64,000 nt of DNA from NCBI GenBank assembly GCA_046116545.1, contig CP175956.1, forward strand, positions 1,089,734 to 1,153,733, read 5' to 3'. A program made the translations under genes and the position numbers. A model generated the notes under the pieces. The model made no database searches, had not been told where the DNA came from, and was given only the letters and a program-made list of their open reading frames with translations. Numbering within the stretch: position 1 is the first letter of the stretch; every line of letters begins with the position of its first letter. Source of the DNA: Candidatus Moraniibacteriota bacterium (GTDB lineage: Bacteria > Patescibacteriota > Minisyncoccia > Moranbacterales > GCA-2747515). Shown here in pieces: positions 1-10,700 of the stretch.

Positions 1-31
1 ATCAATTTCTGCATGATATTATATATTAATT

Positions 32-523
32 TTAAATAAGATTAGTGGCCCCAATAGTTACAAGTGTGACAATTATTCCTGAAATAACTGATCCTAATGC
101 AAGTAATGGAAACGCTTGTCTAAATGGTATTTGAAAAATAGACGCCGCAACTGCTCCAGTAAAAATGCCCGTCAGCGGTAGTGGAATTGCAACAAAAGTT
201 ACAAGTATTACAGCTCCCCACTTTTCAAATTTTTCCTTATTATTTTTATGGATTCTATTTATGTATTTTTGCCACAAATTATCCAATGTCTTTGATTTTG
301 CTAAAATTAAATGTAAAATATTTTCCACAAAAAAAAGCACTAATGCACCAGCAATAATATTTCCAAGTATTGAATATCCCATTGCAATAATTGGACTCAT
401 TTCAAACTGAGTAATTGCTATTGGTATTGAAGCTCTTAATTCAGTAATTGGAACCATTGCTATAAGAACAGTTGCTACACTGTCAGGAAACTCTGAAAAT
501 AATTCCACTATATGTTCTTTCAT
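32..523 (-). CDS. small polytopic membrane protein, putative small multidrug-export family (PF06695-like)
   Basis: 163-aa ORF with 4-5 hydrophobic helices and an 'ELRASIPIA' motif. The family assignment is from memory of the domain pattern only. Confidence 0.45.
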   Translation of the reverse strand: MKEHIVELFSEFPDSVATVLIAMVPITELRASIPIAITQFEMSPIIAMGYSILGNIIAGALVLFFVENILHLILAKSKTLDNLWQKYINRIHKNNKEKFEKWGAVILVTFVAIPLPLTGIFTGAVAASIFQIPFRQAFPLLALGSVISGIIVTLVTIGATNLI

Positions 524-549
524 AATATATTATACGGTTAATTCAGTAA

Positions 550-1578
550 CTATGCTATTGACTCCCTCAATGATTTAGCTGCTTTTTCTGGTGAAATTGG
601 AACTATTTCAATATCTGTTGCAAATTCAAATCCAGCGTAAACATGTGTTCTAGGAAACACGTCAATATGATAACTATATTCATCATATGCTTGTCCATCA
701 CATGGAGCTGTTCTTAGGTAATAATTGAAGTCAGGATTATCTAATGTATTATATAATGCCTTCAATGATTTTGATAGTGCATCAGCCAAAAACATCTCTC
801 CATCTGGTGAGATTCTCTCAAAATACGGTTGTGGCTCTCTTGGCAAAATCCTCATTTGATAAGCTCGTGAAGATGCAAAAGGACAATATACTATAAACTT
901 ATCATTTGTATACACAATCCTACTACCATTTTCAAGTTCAAATTCTGCTATCACCTCCCACAAATGATTCTTTGTTTTTTGTGCATATTCTCTACAAACA
1001 TCTATTTCTCTAATAACAGCTGGTGTATTAACTGGCAGTGTTATTATTTGTGAATGTGGATGAACAACTGATGCCCCAGCCTTTTCTCCATGATTATGAA
1101 AAATAGAAATACTATTCACATTTTCATCACTCATTAATTCTATATATCTCTCTCTATATGCGTCAATAACTTCAGCTAGTTCACTTTGCTCAAGTAAAGC
1201 AAATGTCTTCTTACCATCTCTAGTAATGACCAGTTCATGACTCCCTACAGCAGATACTGCTTGATATGGACCTTCTGATAAATCTTTCTTATTTGCATTC
1301 TTTTCTACTGCTGGGAATTTATTTGGAAAAACCCTAGTTGTCCAATCATCATTTTCATTTTTATATAAAAGCACATCTTCTTCTTGACCTGATTCTTCCG
1401 GATCTGCAAATACATCTGTTTTTTCATCATATTCAACACCTTCTTTTTTTTCTATAAAATCGTCAGGTCTTTTACCACGTTTATCTGCAATAATAACCCA
1501 CTCATCACGTAAAATATCATGACGCAATTCTGCTTCATTTGTTAATTCTTCTTTTTTCTCAATAGCTATATTGATCAT
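550..1578 (-). CDS. galactose-1-phosphate uridylyltransferase-like HIT-superfamily nucleotidyltransferase (GalT family)
   Basis: 342 aa. The HPH active-site motif 'VVHPHSQIITLP' is typical of GalT / ADP-glucose phosphorylase. The length fits GalT. The N-terminal Zn-binding Cys motif is absent. Confidence 0.65.
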   Translation of the reverse strand: MINIAIEKKEELTNEAELRHDILRDEWVIIADKRGKRPDDFIEKKEGVEYDEKTDVFADPEESGQEEDVLLYKNENDDWTTRVFPNKFPAVEKNANKKDLSEGPYQAVSAVGSHELVITRDGKKTFALLEQSELAEVIDAYRERYIELMSDENVNSISIFHNHGEKAGASVVHPHSQIITLPVNTPAVIREIDVCREYAQKTKNHLWEVIAEFELENGSRIVYTNDKFIVYCPFASSRAYQMRILPREPQPYFERISPDGEMFLADALSKSLKALYNTLDNPDFNYYLRTAPCDGQAYDEYSYHIDVFPRTHVYAGFEFATDIEIVPISPEKAAKSLRESIA

Positions 1579-1614
1579 GATTTTATTTTTATATTTTGAA
1601 TTACTTTTTCTTTT

Positions 1615-2358
1615 TTATTTTAAATTATATTTACCTCCCCATAAACGCATCCTCGTTTTGAATAAATCAATTAATACTTGTGTAAACCCATTTGGACCAG
1701 TTAACCCCACAGTTGAACCCTCCTCATTTAACCATCTTACTGGCATTTGTTTTATATTAAATCCCAACTTCTTTGCTAAAATAATTAATTCAAAGTCAAA
1801 TCCAAATCTATCCACAACCATTCTAGAAGCCACAGCATCTGCTGCTTCAGCTGTCAGTGCTTTAAATCCACATTGAGTATCCGGATATTTCCAAAGTCCT
1901 AAAACTATTCTAATAAGCCAATTTCCCATGTCACCCATTACCTCTCTATGTCTTGGTTGATGTATCTGTATGTAAGAACCCTCTATATCGCGAGAACCTA
2001 CTACCACCTGCACGCCACTATCAAATAACTCCATAGCTCTATTCATGTGTGTTATAGAAGTCGAACCATCCGCATCCAAAAATACCCGATACTCTCCCAC
2101 AGATTCCAACAAACCTTGCCTTACAACATATCCTTTTCCATGATTTTCATCATTATCTATGACTCTCAGATTATCAATTTGTTCTCCATATCCCCTAGCA
2201 ATCTCAGCAGTGTTATCAGGAGATCCATCTACAACAACCAAAATCTCATACGACAATTTATTTTGCTCTACGTATTTTTTTATTTCCAACAAATTACTAC
2301 CTATTCGCTCACTCTCTTTGTATGCCGGTATAATAATTGACAACTGAATTTTTTCCAT
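1615..2358 (-). CDS. family 2 glycosyltransferase, dolichyl/polyprenyl-phosphate mannose (or glucose) synthase-like
   Basis: 247 aa. N-terminal 'LSIIIPAYKE' and 'VVDGSPDNT', then a 'DADG' (DXD) motif. This is the classic GT2 / DPM1-like arrangement. Confidence 0.8.
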   Translation of the reverse strand: MEKIQLSIIIPAYKESERIGSNLLEIKKYVEQNKLSYEILVVVDGSPDNTAEIARGYGEQIDNLRVIDNDENHGKGYVVRQGLLESVGEYRVFLDADGSTSITHMNRAMELFDSGVQVVVGSRDIEGSYIQIHQPRHREVMGDMGNWLIRIVLGLWKYPDTQCGFKALTAEAADAVASRMVVDRFGFDFELIILAKKLGFNIKQMPVRWLNEEGSTVGLTGPNGFTQVLIDLFKTRMRLWGGKYNLK

Positions 2359-2495
2359 AATCCCAAAAGATATCGTATACTTACGATTTATTTATTTATA
2401 TTTAATATTATACTATACATTTTTTATTTTGTGTAATTCAATATATGTAACCCCTCACACATCTTCACATATTCCTTCAAAGTCATTACAATTGT

Positions 2496-2632
2496 CTTTG
2501 CGAGCAAGAAGGAATATCCATTACCACAAGCGAAGCAATCTCTGTGAATAATATAATACACAAAACTTCAAATAATACTTTAGATTGCTTCACATATCAC
2601 AAAAATTGTCTCAGCTGTTCGCAAAGACGTTA
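2496..2632 (+). ncRNA. candidate structured RNA: two nested perfect 10-bp helices in a 348-bp intergenic region (6S-like topology?), followed by a U-run
   Basis: Outer helix GTCTTTGCGA (2496-2505) pairs with TCGCAAAGAC (2623-2632). Inner helix GAAGCAATCT (2531-2540) pairs with AGATTGCTTC (2582-2591). A 'GTTATTTTTT' run follows on the plus strand. The region is non-coding and AT-rich. Strand and identity are uncertain. Confidence 0.25.
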
Positions 2633-2706
2633 TTTTTTAATATTATTTAGAAGTATGAGAGGTTACCAATATATTATTATCAACATACACGTTACAAAAT
2701 CTATTG

Positions 2707-3093
2707 TTATTTTGCGTCCAAATACTGTTGCAAAATAATTCTAGCTGACTCAGCATCATCAATGCTATCTATTTTTTTCTTTCCTGCATTTTTCAAGTTT
2801 ACGTGAGCCTCCCGTGTAGAAAACATTTCTTCTTCAAATACAATTTTCACTTTACACTTTTTTTCACATTCATCCGCAAATTTTTCAATTTTTTTCACAT
2901 TATCATCTTGTGACATATGACTACTCTTACCAATAACAATTTTTGTGATTTCATATTCCTTCACAATATCAAAAAGTCCTCCAAAGATATCATCATCATT
3001 TTCTAAAGTATTTAAAGCTGATGCTATTGATATTTCTTCTTCTGCAATAGCTAGCCCAATTTTTCTTTCTCCCCAATCAATGCCTAGTAACAT
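2707..3093 (-). CDS. ruvX: Holliday-junction resolvase-like putative pre-16S rRNA nuclease RuvX/YqgF
   Basis: 128 aa. N-terminal 'LLGIDWGERKIGLAIA' is the RNase H-fold YqgF signature. The length fits. Confidence 0.85.
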   Translation of the reverse strand: MLLGIDWGERKIGLAIAEEEISIASALNTLENDDDIFGGLFDIVKEYEITKIVIGKSSHMSQDDNVKKIEKFADECEKKCKVKIVFEEEMFSTREAHVNLKNAGKKKIDSIDDAESARIILQQYLDAK

Positions 3094-3094
3094 A

Positions 3095-3871
3095 TTATAT
3101 TTGTGTTAAGATTTCATATCCATTATCAGTCACCAAAACAGTATTTTCCCAATGAGCTGATAAACTTCCATCAGCTGTTTCAAATGTCCAGCCATCTTCT
3201 GATATAATAGTTTCTTCCGTACCAATATTTACCATCGGCTCTAATGCTACTGTCATACCTTTCTTAAAAGTAAAATTATTTACTTTTTTATTAAAGTAAT
3301 TTGGTATTTGTGGTGCCTCATGAAGTTCTGTGCCTATACCATGCCCCACAAGATTTTTCACCATTTTGTACCCATTACTTTCTGCATGACCTTGTACAGC
3401 ACTTGCATAATCTTTTAACTTAGAACCATCTTTTATTGTTTTCAATCCTTTATAAAAAGCTTTCTTTGTTACTTCCACTAATTTAGTTGCCTCATCTGAT
3501 ACATCACCAACAAGAAATGATCGTGCCATATCTGCAAAATAACCTTTATACTTTAATCCTATGTCAATCTTAACCATATCCCCATTTTCAATCACTCTGT
3601 CAGATGGTATTCCATGTACAATTCCCTCATTAACAGAAAAACAAACAGTTCCCGGAAAAGGATTTCCATCTTCTGCTCCATAACCCTTAAAAGCCGGTTC
3701 ACACCCAGCATCAATAATCATTTTCTCAGCCAATTCATCAACTTCAAATCCAGTAACACCTGCAGCTACTTTTTTTTCAATCTCAACCATAACTCCAGCC
3801 AAAATATGACAACCTTCTCTCATTATTTCAATCTCTTCAGTTGTTTTTATAAAATTTTTATTCATATTCAT
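3095..3871 (-). CDS. map: methionine aminopeptidase, type I
   Basis: 258 aa with a pita-bread fold. Motifs include 'MVKIDIGLKYKGYFADMARSF' and 'HGIGTELHEAPQIP'. The start is 1 nt away from the ruvX stop, suggesting translational coupling. Confidence 0.9.
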   Translation of the reverse strand: MNMNKNFIKTTEEIEIMREGCHILAGVMVEIEKKVAAGVTGFEVDELAEKMIIDAGCEPAFKGYGAEDGNPFPGTVCFSVNEGIVHGIPSDRVIENGDMVKIDIGLKYKGYFADMARSFLVGDVSDEATKLVEVTKKAFYKGLKTIKDGSKLKDYASAVQGHAESNGYKMVKNLVGHGIGTELHEAPQIPNYFNKKVNNFTFKKGMTVALEPMVNIGTEETIISEDGWTFETADGSLSAHWENTVLVTDNGYEILTQI

Positions 3872-3916
3872 ATGATACGCTATTTATACTGATAGTCAAC
3901 GACAAAATCATATATG

Positions 3917-4645
3917 TTAAGTAAAATTTCCACCATACAAAACAGCAGATACACTTGTTGCTAAATTCAAACTAGACACACCTTTCTGCATTGGAATTGA
4001 AATTATTTCATCTGATCTATTTTTTAATTCTTCGCTTATACCATCCCTTTCAGTGCCAAATACTAAAATTGCATTTTGATCTATTTTGATTTTTTTCATA
4101 TTTTCACCATCAGCATCACAAGAATAAATCTTTCTACCTGTTACGATTTTATCAATTGACTCAACCTGCAAAACCGTAAGTGCAAATTGTAATCCTGCAC
4201 CAGCTCGAATTGCATGTAAATGCCATGGATTTACTTCACCACTCACACATACAGCTCCTGCTCCTGCTCCCGCAGCTACCCGCATCACAGCGCCTACATT
4301 ATCAATATCTCGTGGATTTTCCAAAAATACAATCACCTTGTTTTCTTCTACTCTTTTATCTTGCGGTTTTTTTACTAATGCCGTCAACTTAGTTCTAAGC
4401 GAATCAGATGTGATTTCATTAAATAGTTTTTCATCTACTACTTCAACTGCATTTTCTAAATTTTTCACATCATCCTCACTAGCTATCTTTTCCATCAAAT
4501 TTAAAACGAATTCTTTATCACAAGTAACAACATCTACAAACTCAGCTCCAAATCTAACAGCATGCTTAAAAGCATGCACGCCTTCAACTACAACAATATC
4601 TTCATTTCCTTTTTTTGCCTTTTGATACAATTCTCTACGATTCAT
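3917..4645 (-). CDS. SpoU-family (SPOUT) RNA 2'-O-methyltransferase (TrmH/RlmB-like)
   Basis: 242 aa. Motifs 'LENPRDIDNVGAVMRVAAGAG', 'VFGTERDGIS' and 'IPMQKGVSSLNLATSVSAVLY' are the three conserved SpoU methylase blocks. Confidence 0.8.
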   Translation of the reverse strand: MNRRELYQKAKKGNEDIVVVEGVHAFKHAVRFGAEFVDVVTCDKEFVLNLMEKIASEDDVKNLENAVEVVDEKLFNEITSDSLRTKLTALVKKPQDKRVEENKVIVFLENPRDIDNVGAVMRVAAGAGAGAVCVSGEVNPWHLHAIRAGAGLQFALTVLQVESIDKIVTGRKIYSCDADGENMKKIKIDQNAILVFGTERDGISEELKNRSDEIISIPMQKGVSSLNLATSVSAVLYGGNFT

Positions 4646-4660
4646 AACAAATCCTTTATT

Positions 4661-4700
4661 TAAAAATTAACAAAACTACCGTACTTTTAAAGGTACGGTA
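4661..4700 (-). terminator. rho-independent terminator downstream of the 3250-aa gene
   Basis: Perfect 14-bp inverted repeat CAAAACTACCGTAC / GTACGGTAGTTTTG with an 8-nt loop. A U-run (UUAAUUUUUAA) follows on the minus strand, 35 nt after the stop codon. Confidence 0.6.
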
Positions 4701-4734
4701 GTTTTGAAAGTACTATTTCATCTTTAATATACAC

Positions 4735-7700
4735 CTATTGAACACCCTTTACAATAAACCAATCAAATTTTATCATATTTTCAATTATATTTTTTGCCTT
4801 AACTGTAAATCCAATTCCATCTTGAACTTCTGACACAATTACTGATTGCTCATCATTACCATATGGTGTTAAGAATATATAGCTATCGCCTGTCACAACT
4901 TCAGTTTCCACAAATACTGTTTGCCCATCTGATTCACTATTTTCAACTTCCACACAACCATCCTCATTCACATCAAAGTTTGTACCAGTTGGACATATAA
5001 CAGATTTTCCTACAATTGCATTATCACCATAATTCTCCAAAGCAAGTTCCTCCACTTCTATAAAGCTAGTCTCTACAACATCTGCAATAATAATCTTAAC
5101 ATTCAATACTCCATCCAATGTCAGACTACCTAACTCATCTGTAAACACTAATTTTTCAGCATCGATTGCAAGTAATTCTTCTATTTTAATCAAATCGGTT
5201 GCTCCAAGTAAATCTAACACCCCCAAACCTTCCTCAGCTGCCTGAATTCTTAAATCTATTTCAGATATCAAATTTGCATTAATATTTGATTTTACTCGTG
5301 TTTCCAAAATGCTTTCACCATTAACTACTATGTCCCCTTGAACTTGATTTAACATTTCAGATGTATTTGATAATTGTTCATCTATTGACAACTGTAAATC
5401 TTCTAATGTTTGGATATTTGTATTTGTTTGTAATATTGTGTTATTTATTTGAGTATCAATTTCACTTATTTTTTCTGGTGTTGGTAAATTTGATATATCT
5501 ATCAGATTTAGATTTGGTATTTCTAATCCTGTTGTTTTATCTGTAATATATATTAGTTGTTGTCCTGTTAGTTTTTCTATCAATCTTACTGTTTTTGTCA
5601 TATCTACATTTATTGATTTGTTGTCTTTTTCAGAGTAATAGCTCCATGCTAGTTCTTCACTTTGTCCTCCTGGTATATTTGAGAAATTATGTGGAGATAG
5701 AGTTGTTGTATTTCCTGCTTCATCTCTTACTCTTAGTTCATGGGAACCACTTTGATCTACTGCAAATAGTTGTATTCCGTCTGTTATTGATGTTGTTGGG
5801 GCTATTGAGTTTGAGATTGTTAGGATATTGTCTGCATTTGTTCCGTAGTTGTTACTTCCTATTCCTACGTTTCCTGATGTGTAGGCTATGTTATTTCCTG
5901 TTTGGGTCCATGGGGAGTTTGTTGAGCCTCCACTTGTTGAGCCTCGATCTAGTTTTACAGCGTGTACGAGTAAATTAAAGCTTCCACCATTTGTTTTAAA
6001 ATAATAATTACTTTTATATGGAATCACAGTACTATGATCTGCAGCACCACCCCATGCGAATTCTTGAGTATCTGCATCAGCAGCACCACCTCTGGCAACA
6101 TGAGACATCACATTTATGCCATCTGCAGAGCACATTAATGTCCATCCATTTGCTGTTCCTGCTTCATTACCTCCAAACATGATTTCTTTCACTCCCAGAG
6201 TTGGCACAAATGCAGAATAGTCTCTCTGTATCCATGAAGTTGACACTGTTGTTGGTATTGTCATTTCACTTGCTTTTTCCCACATCATTAAGTCTCCACT
6301 CATTTGGAACTGTTTTATGTTTGCACTCCCATTAGTAAGAACATACCCAAGCCATCTATATGAAGTGAATCCACTAGGTATATTTGATGCATTTATATCT
6401 GTATCAAATCCTATATCTGTTGTTCCATCATCTTTTTCTATTAGGAATACATGATACATTGTATCGTTTGCAATTGTTCCTGTGAATAATCCTCCTTGAT
6501 CATCTCCTTCTGTGAAAGATGCATCTAATTGTTTTGTAAGTCCTGTTGTTAATTCTAAATCTTTTGAATCTGTTTCATCTTTTGCATATCCACTTGATAC
6601 ATATATATCATGGTCTGTATCTCCTGAATCATTTGATAAATTGAATCCGTATAAGAAGCCTGGGGTATAGGATGATGAGCTACTTCCTGATGATTCTTCT
6701 ATTTTCCAGATTTTTAGGTCTGTGTAGACTTCGTAAGGTGATTGATTAACTGCACGTCCAAGACCAACTGTAGCAGTAGCTGATTCTGCATATTGTCTTA
6801 CATCAAAAGTTTTTGTATCTAATATTGTAAATTTTCCACTTAAACTAGCTATAGAACCACCTGAACCATCATATGAATTAGATCCAATTAATGTATTTTC
6901 TGTATCAGTAATATTATAGAAATATAATCTTGCCCTATTTGTTCCTATGAGAGGTACTGTAATATTTACATTATATGTTCCTGCCGGCAATGTAATTTCT
7001 CCAGTAATACCATTAAGTGAAGCATCTGTGATTTCATTTGTTCCTATTATTGTATTAAGATCTCTTATTTGTATGCCTACACTTGATGTTCCTCCATCTG
7101 TACCTGTTGTTTTTTGATCTTGTACATGCATTAGTTTCCAATTTTGACCTCCTGCCACACTTGAACTTGATTGAATTTCATATGGTGCTGTTGGTGGTGT
7201 GAAATCACTTGTCCATCTTGCTATTCCTTTTGAAATTCTTACTTCATCTAGATAACCACCAAACGAATAGTTACCACCATCAGCTCCACCAATTTTAAGT
7301 GTTTGACTTCCATTAAAGAATCCACCTGTAAATATAAAGCTATCTGTTAAAACCCCATCTAAAAAAGTTTTCATTGTATCTCCGTCACGAGTAAAAGCAA
7401 TGTGATGCCATGTATCAATATTTATACCTGTTACAATTGCCCTTGCATTAGCTACATCATGACTGGAATTATTTGATGAAGAATAAAGTATAATATTTGC
7501 ACCATCTTGCATAATATTCCATGGAGAATACCCTCCATAATTATACTTTCCGACTAATACATGTAACCCTGTCGGTAAAGCATCAGCTCTCATCCAAAAA
7601 TCTATTGTGAATTCATTGTTGTAAACTTCAAAATCCTCACTATCTGGAATATTTAAATAATCTCCTGCTCCATCAAAGTACATAGAACTTCCACCAAACT

Positions 7701-10700
7701 TTGATGCATCTGTTTCATGATGAGCATCTCCATTTGCAGTTATTGTGTGTGTAGAAATTGAACTATCCATAAACTTAACTGAACCATCTGCATCATCTGA
7801 TTGAACAAGCAATTTTGTATTTAAATCTATATTCCCACCGCCTGATCCAGCACTAGCATCAGCACATTCCCAATCACTATTTGATTCATTATATGAAAGA
7901 GTTTGACCATCTGTACATGTTGGTAATGATGAAGATTCTGAGCTTCCTGCGTATTCGTATATGATAACTGCTCCACTTGCTCCAGCACCCGCTCCAGCAC
8001 CACCTAGAGATGCTCCACCAGATCCATATGCCTGTCCTTCAAGCTTTCCAGAAAAGGCAGTTCCGCCACCTCCAAAATATGATGAACCTCCATTAGTTGT
8101 GTGAATGCCATTTCCGCCAGACACATTAATATCACCGCCTGAACCAACACCACCTGAACCACCTTCATAATTAGCACTCACAGAACCTCCTTGTCCACCA
8201 GTTGCTGAACAATGTGTATCAAAAGATGTTGTTCCCCCAGTTGAACCTGCTGTCCCTGCACCACCCGTACTTCCTGCTGCTCCTGCTACTCCAACTGTAA
8301 CTGAAATTGTATTGAGACTTGATACATCAATTATTTTTTCACTATATCCTCCAGCTCCACCTGCTCCATAATGACTATCTCCACCTCCAGCTCCACCACC
8401 TCCACCAACAACCTGAACACGAATAGTTTCAATTCCTGCTGGTTTTGTCCATGTATGTGCTCCTACTGTATCAAATGTTTGAATTGATGCTATTCCGCCT
8501 CCGCCTGAGGTTACCGAATTTGAATCACTATTTGTTGATGTCCAACATCTATATGCTAAAATACTTGTGTCTGGACTACTTCCTGTATTAGAAATTGAAC
8601 CATTACCCGATTCTGCATATCTATTACTAGCATCATGATTACTATTCCATTCTGGATCATCCGTTTCATCTGTCAGTACATAATTTGCCATAGCTATATA
8701 CCACTCAGTTACTGAAGGTAGTCTCCCACCATAGGCATCAAAACAATCATTAGTTGCTGCTTCCCAATTATTCGTCCCACTTTCTATATTTTGCATACAC
8801 CCAAGTGTTTGACCCTGATTTTCTATCTTTGTAAATCCTGAAGGACATGTAGATGAGAAACCACCCGTACTAAAAGCACCCCATGCAGTTCCATTACAAA
8901 ACTCCATGACTTTTGTTGAGTCATTGTATCTCATTGCACCTTCTTTGTTTACATCACATGCATCTGTATCATTTGTTAGAGTTATTGATCCTGTTAAGTT
9001 TATTGGTGCTGAAAACTCTATTTCATTTGATATTGTATTATATGATATTACTGCTTCATCTCCATCTACTCCTATATGTAGAGATGATGGTCCTAGGTAT
9101 AAATCTCTGAATCTATTTGTTGAAGATCCTAGATCGTATGTATCATCTGTATCTGGTCCTATATGTCCTGCTACTTGTAGTGTGAAGTTATCTGGTGTTG
9201 TTGTTCCTATTCCTATATTTCCTGTGTCGTAGTATGCATTTGAACCACTTTGTGTCCAGATATTTGAGTATGAAGTACTACTAGTTCCACTACTAGCTGC
9301 CACACTTACTTCTACAGTTCCAGTAAATGATTCTGGTAATACATCGTACTCGGTAATATCATCACCTGTTGCTCCTACAATAAACATTTTTGTACCATCA
9401 TTATTAAATGCAATACCTTGTACTACAGTATCCTGTGCAAATACACTAAACTTAGAACTATACACAGCAGTAGATACATCAAATGCCGTAGACAACTTAT
9501 ATTCATTTACATCGTCACCAGTGCTTCCTAAAATAAACATTTTTGTTCCATTGGTATTGAAAGCAATGTCCTGTGGAGCAGTCTCTTGTGCTACAACAGA
9601 AAAATTAGAATCATATACTGTGGTAGATACATCAAATCCTGTAGAAAGATGGTATTCATTGACATCATCACCTGTTAATCCTGTAATAAACATTTTTGTA
9701 CCATCAGTGTTAAATGCAATTCCTGATGGCGAGTCTTCTTGAGCGGTTATATCAAATCTCGAATCATATACTGCAGTAGATATATCAAATGCAGTAGAAA
9801 GATTATATTCATTTATTTCATCTGCTGTATTCCCTATTATAAACATCTTTGTTCCATCAGTATTAAATGCTATACCTTGTGGTGAACCATCCTCTGAAAA
9901 ATCAAAAATAGAATCGTATACAGCTGTTGTTATATCAAATGCAGTAGAAAGATGGTATTCATTGATATCAATGCCTGTCAAGCCTACAACAAACATCTTT
10001 GTTCCGTCAGTGTTAAATGCCATAGTTTGTGGTGAAGTGTCTTGCGCTGCAACACTAAAGCTAGCTGAATAATCAACAGGACCAAATTCAAAGCCTCTTG
10101 GAAGATGGTATTCATTGACATCATCACCTGTATTTCCTGTAACAAACATTTTTGTACCATCAGTGTTAAATGCGATACCTTGTGGTGTAGCTTCCTGTGC
10201 ACTAACACTAAATCTGAAAACAAAATTTGCTGTGGAAATATCAAAACCAGTTGAAAGTTCATATTCACCCATATCAATACCAGTCTGACCCATTATGAAC
10301 ATTTTTGTTCCATCAGGATTAAATGCTATACCTGTTGGCGTAGCTTCTTCTGTAGCTACAGAAAACCTAGAATCATATACAGCAGTAGATACATCAAATC
10401 CTGTAGAAAGATGGTATTCATTGACATCATCACCTGTATTTCCTACGATAAACATTTTAGTTCCATCGGTATTGAAATCCATGCTTTGTGGTGCAGTATC
10501 CTGTGCTGCTACAGAAAAATTAGAATCGTATACTGCAGTAGATACGTCAAATCCTGTAGACAAATTATATTCATTAACATCATCACCCGTAGTTCCCACA
10601 ATAAACATCTTTGTTCCATCATTATTGAAAGTAACGTCATTTGGTGCAGTTTCTTGTGCTGCGACAGAGAAAACAGAATCGTATACTGCTGTAGCAGAAT

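Noticed and set aside
5361-5978. Leu-rich plus-strand ORFs (61 and 127 aa) and similar small plus-strand ORFs inside other genes (e.g. 165-410, 4180-4625, 44562-45197, 48512-48925)
   Set aside because: All are antisense to strongly supported minus-strand CDSs and have biased low-complexity composition. They have no SD, promoter or terminator context.
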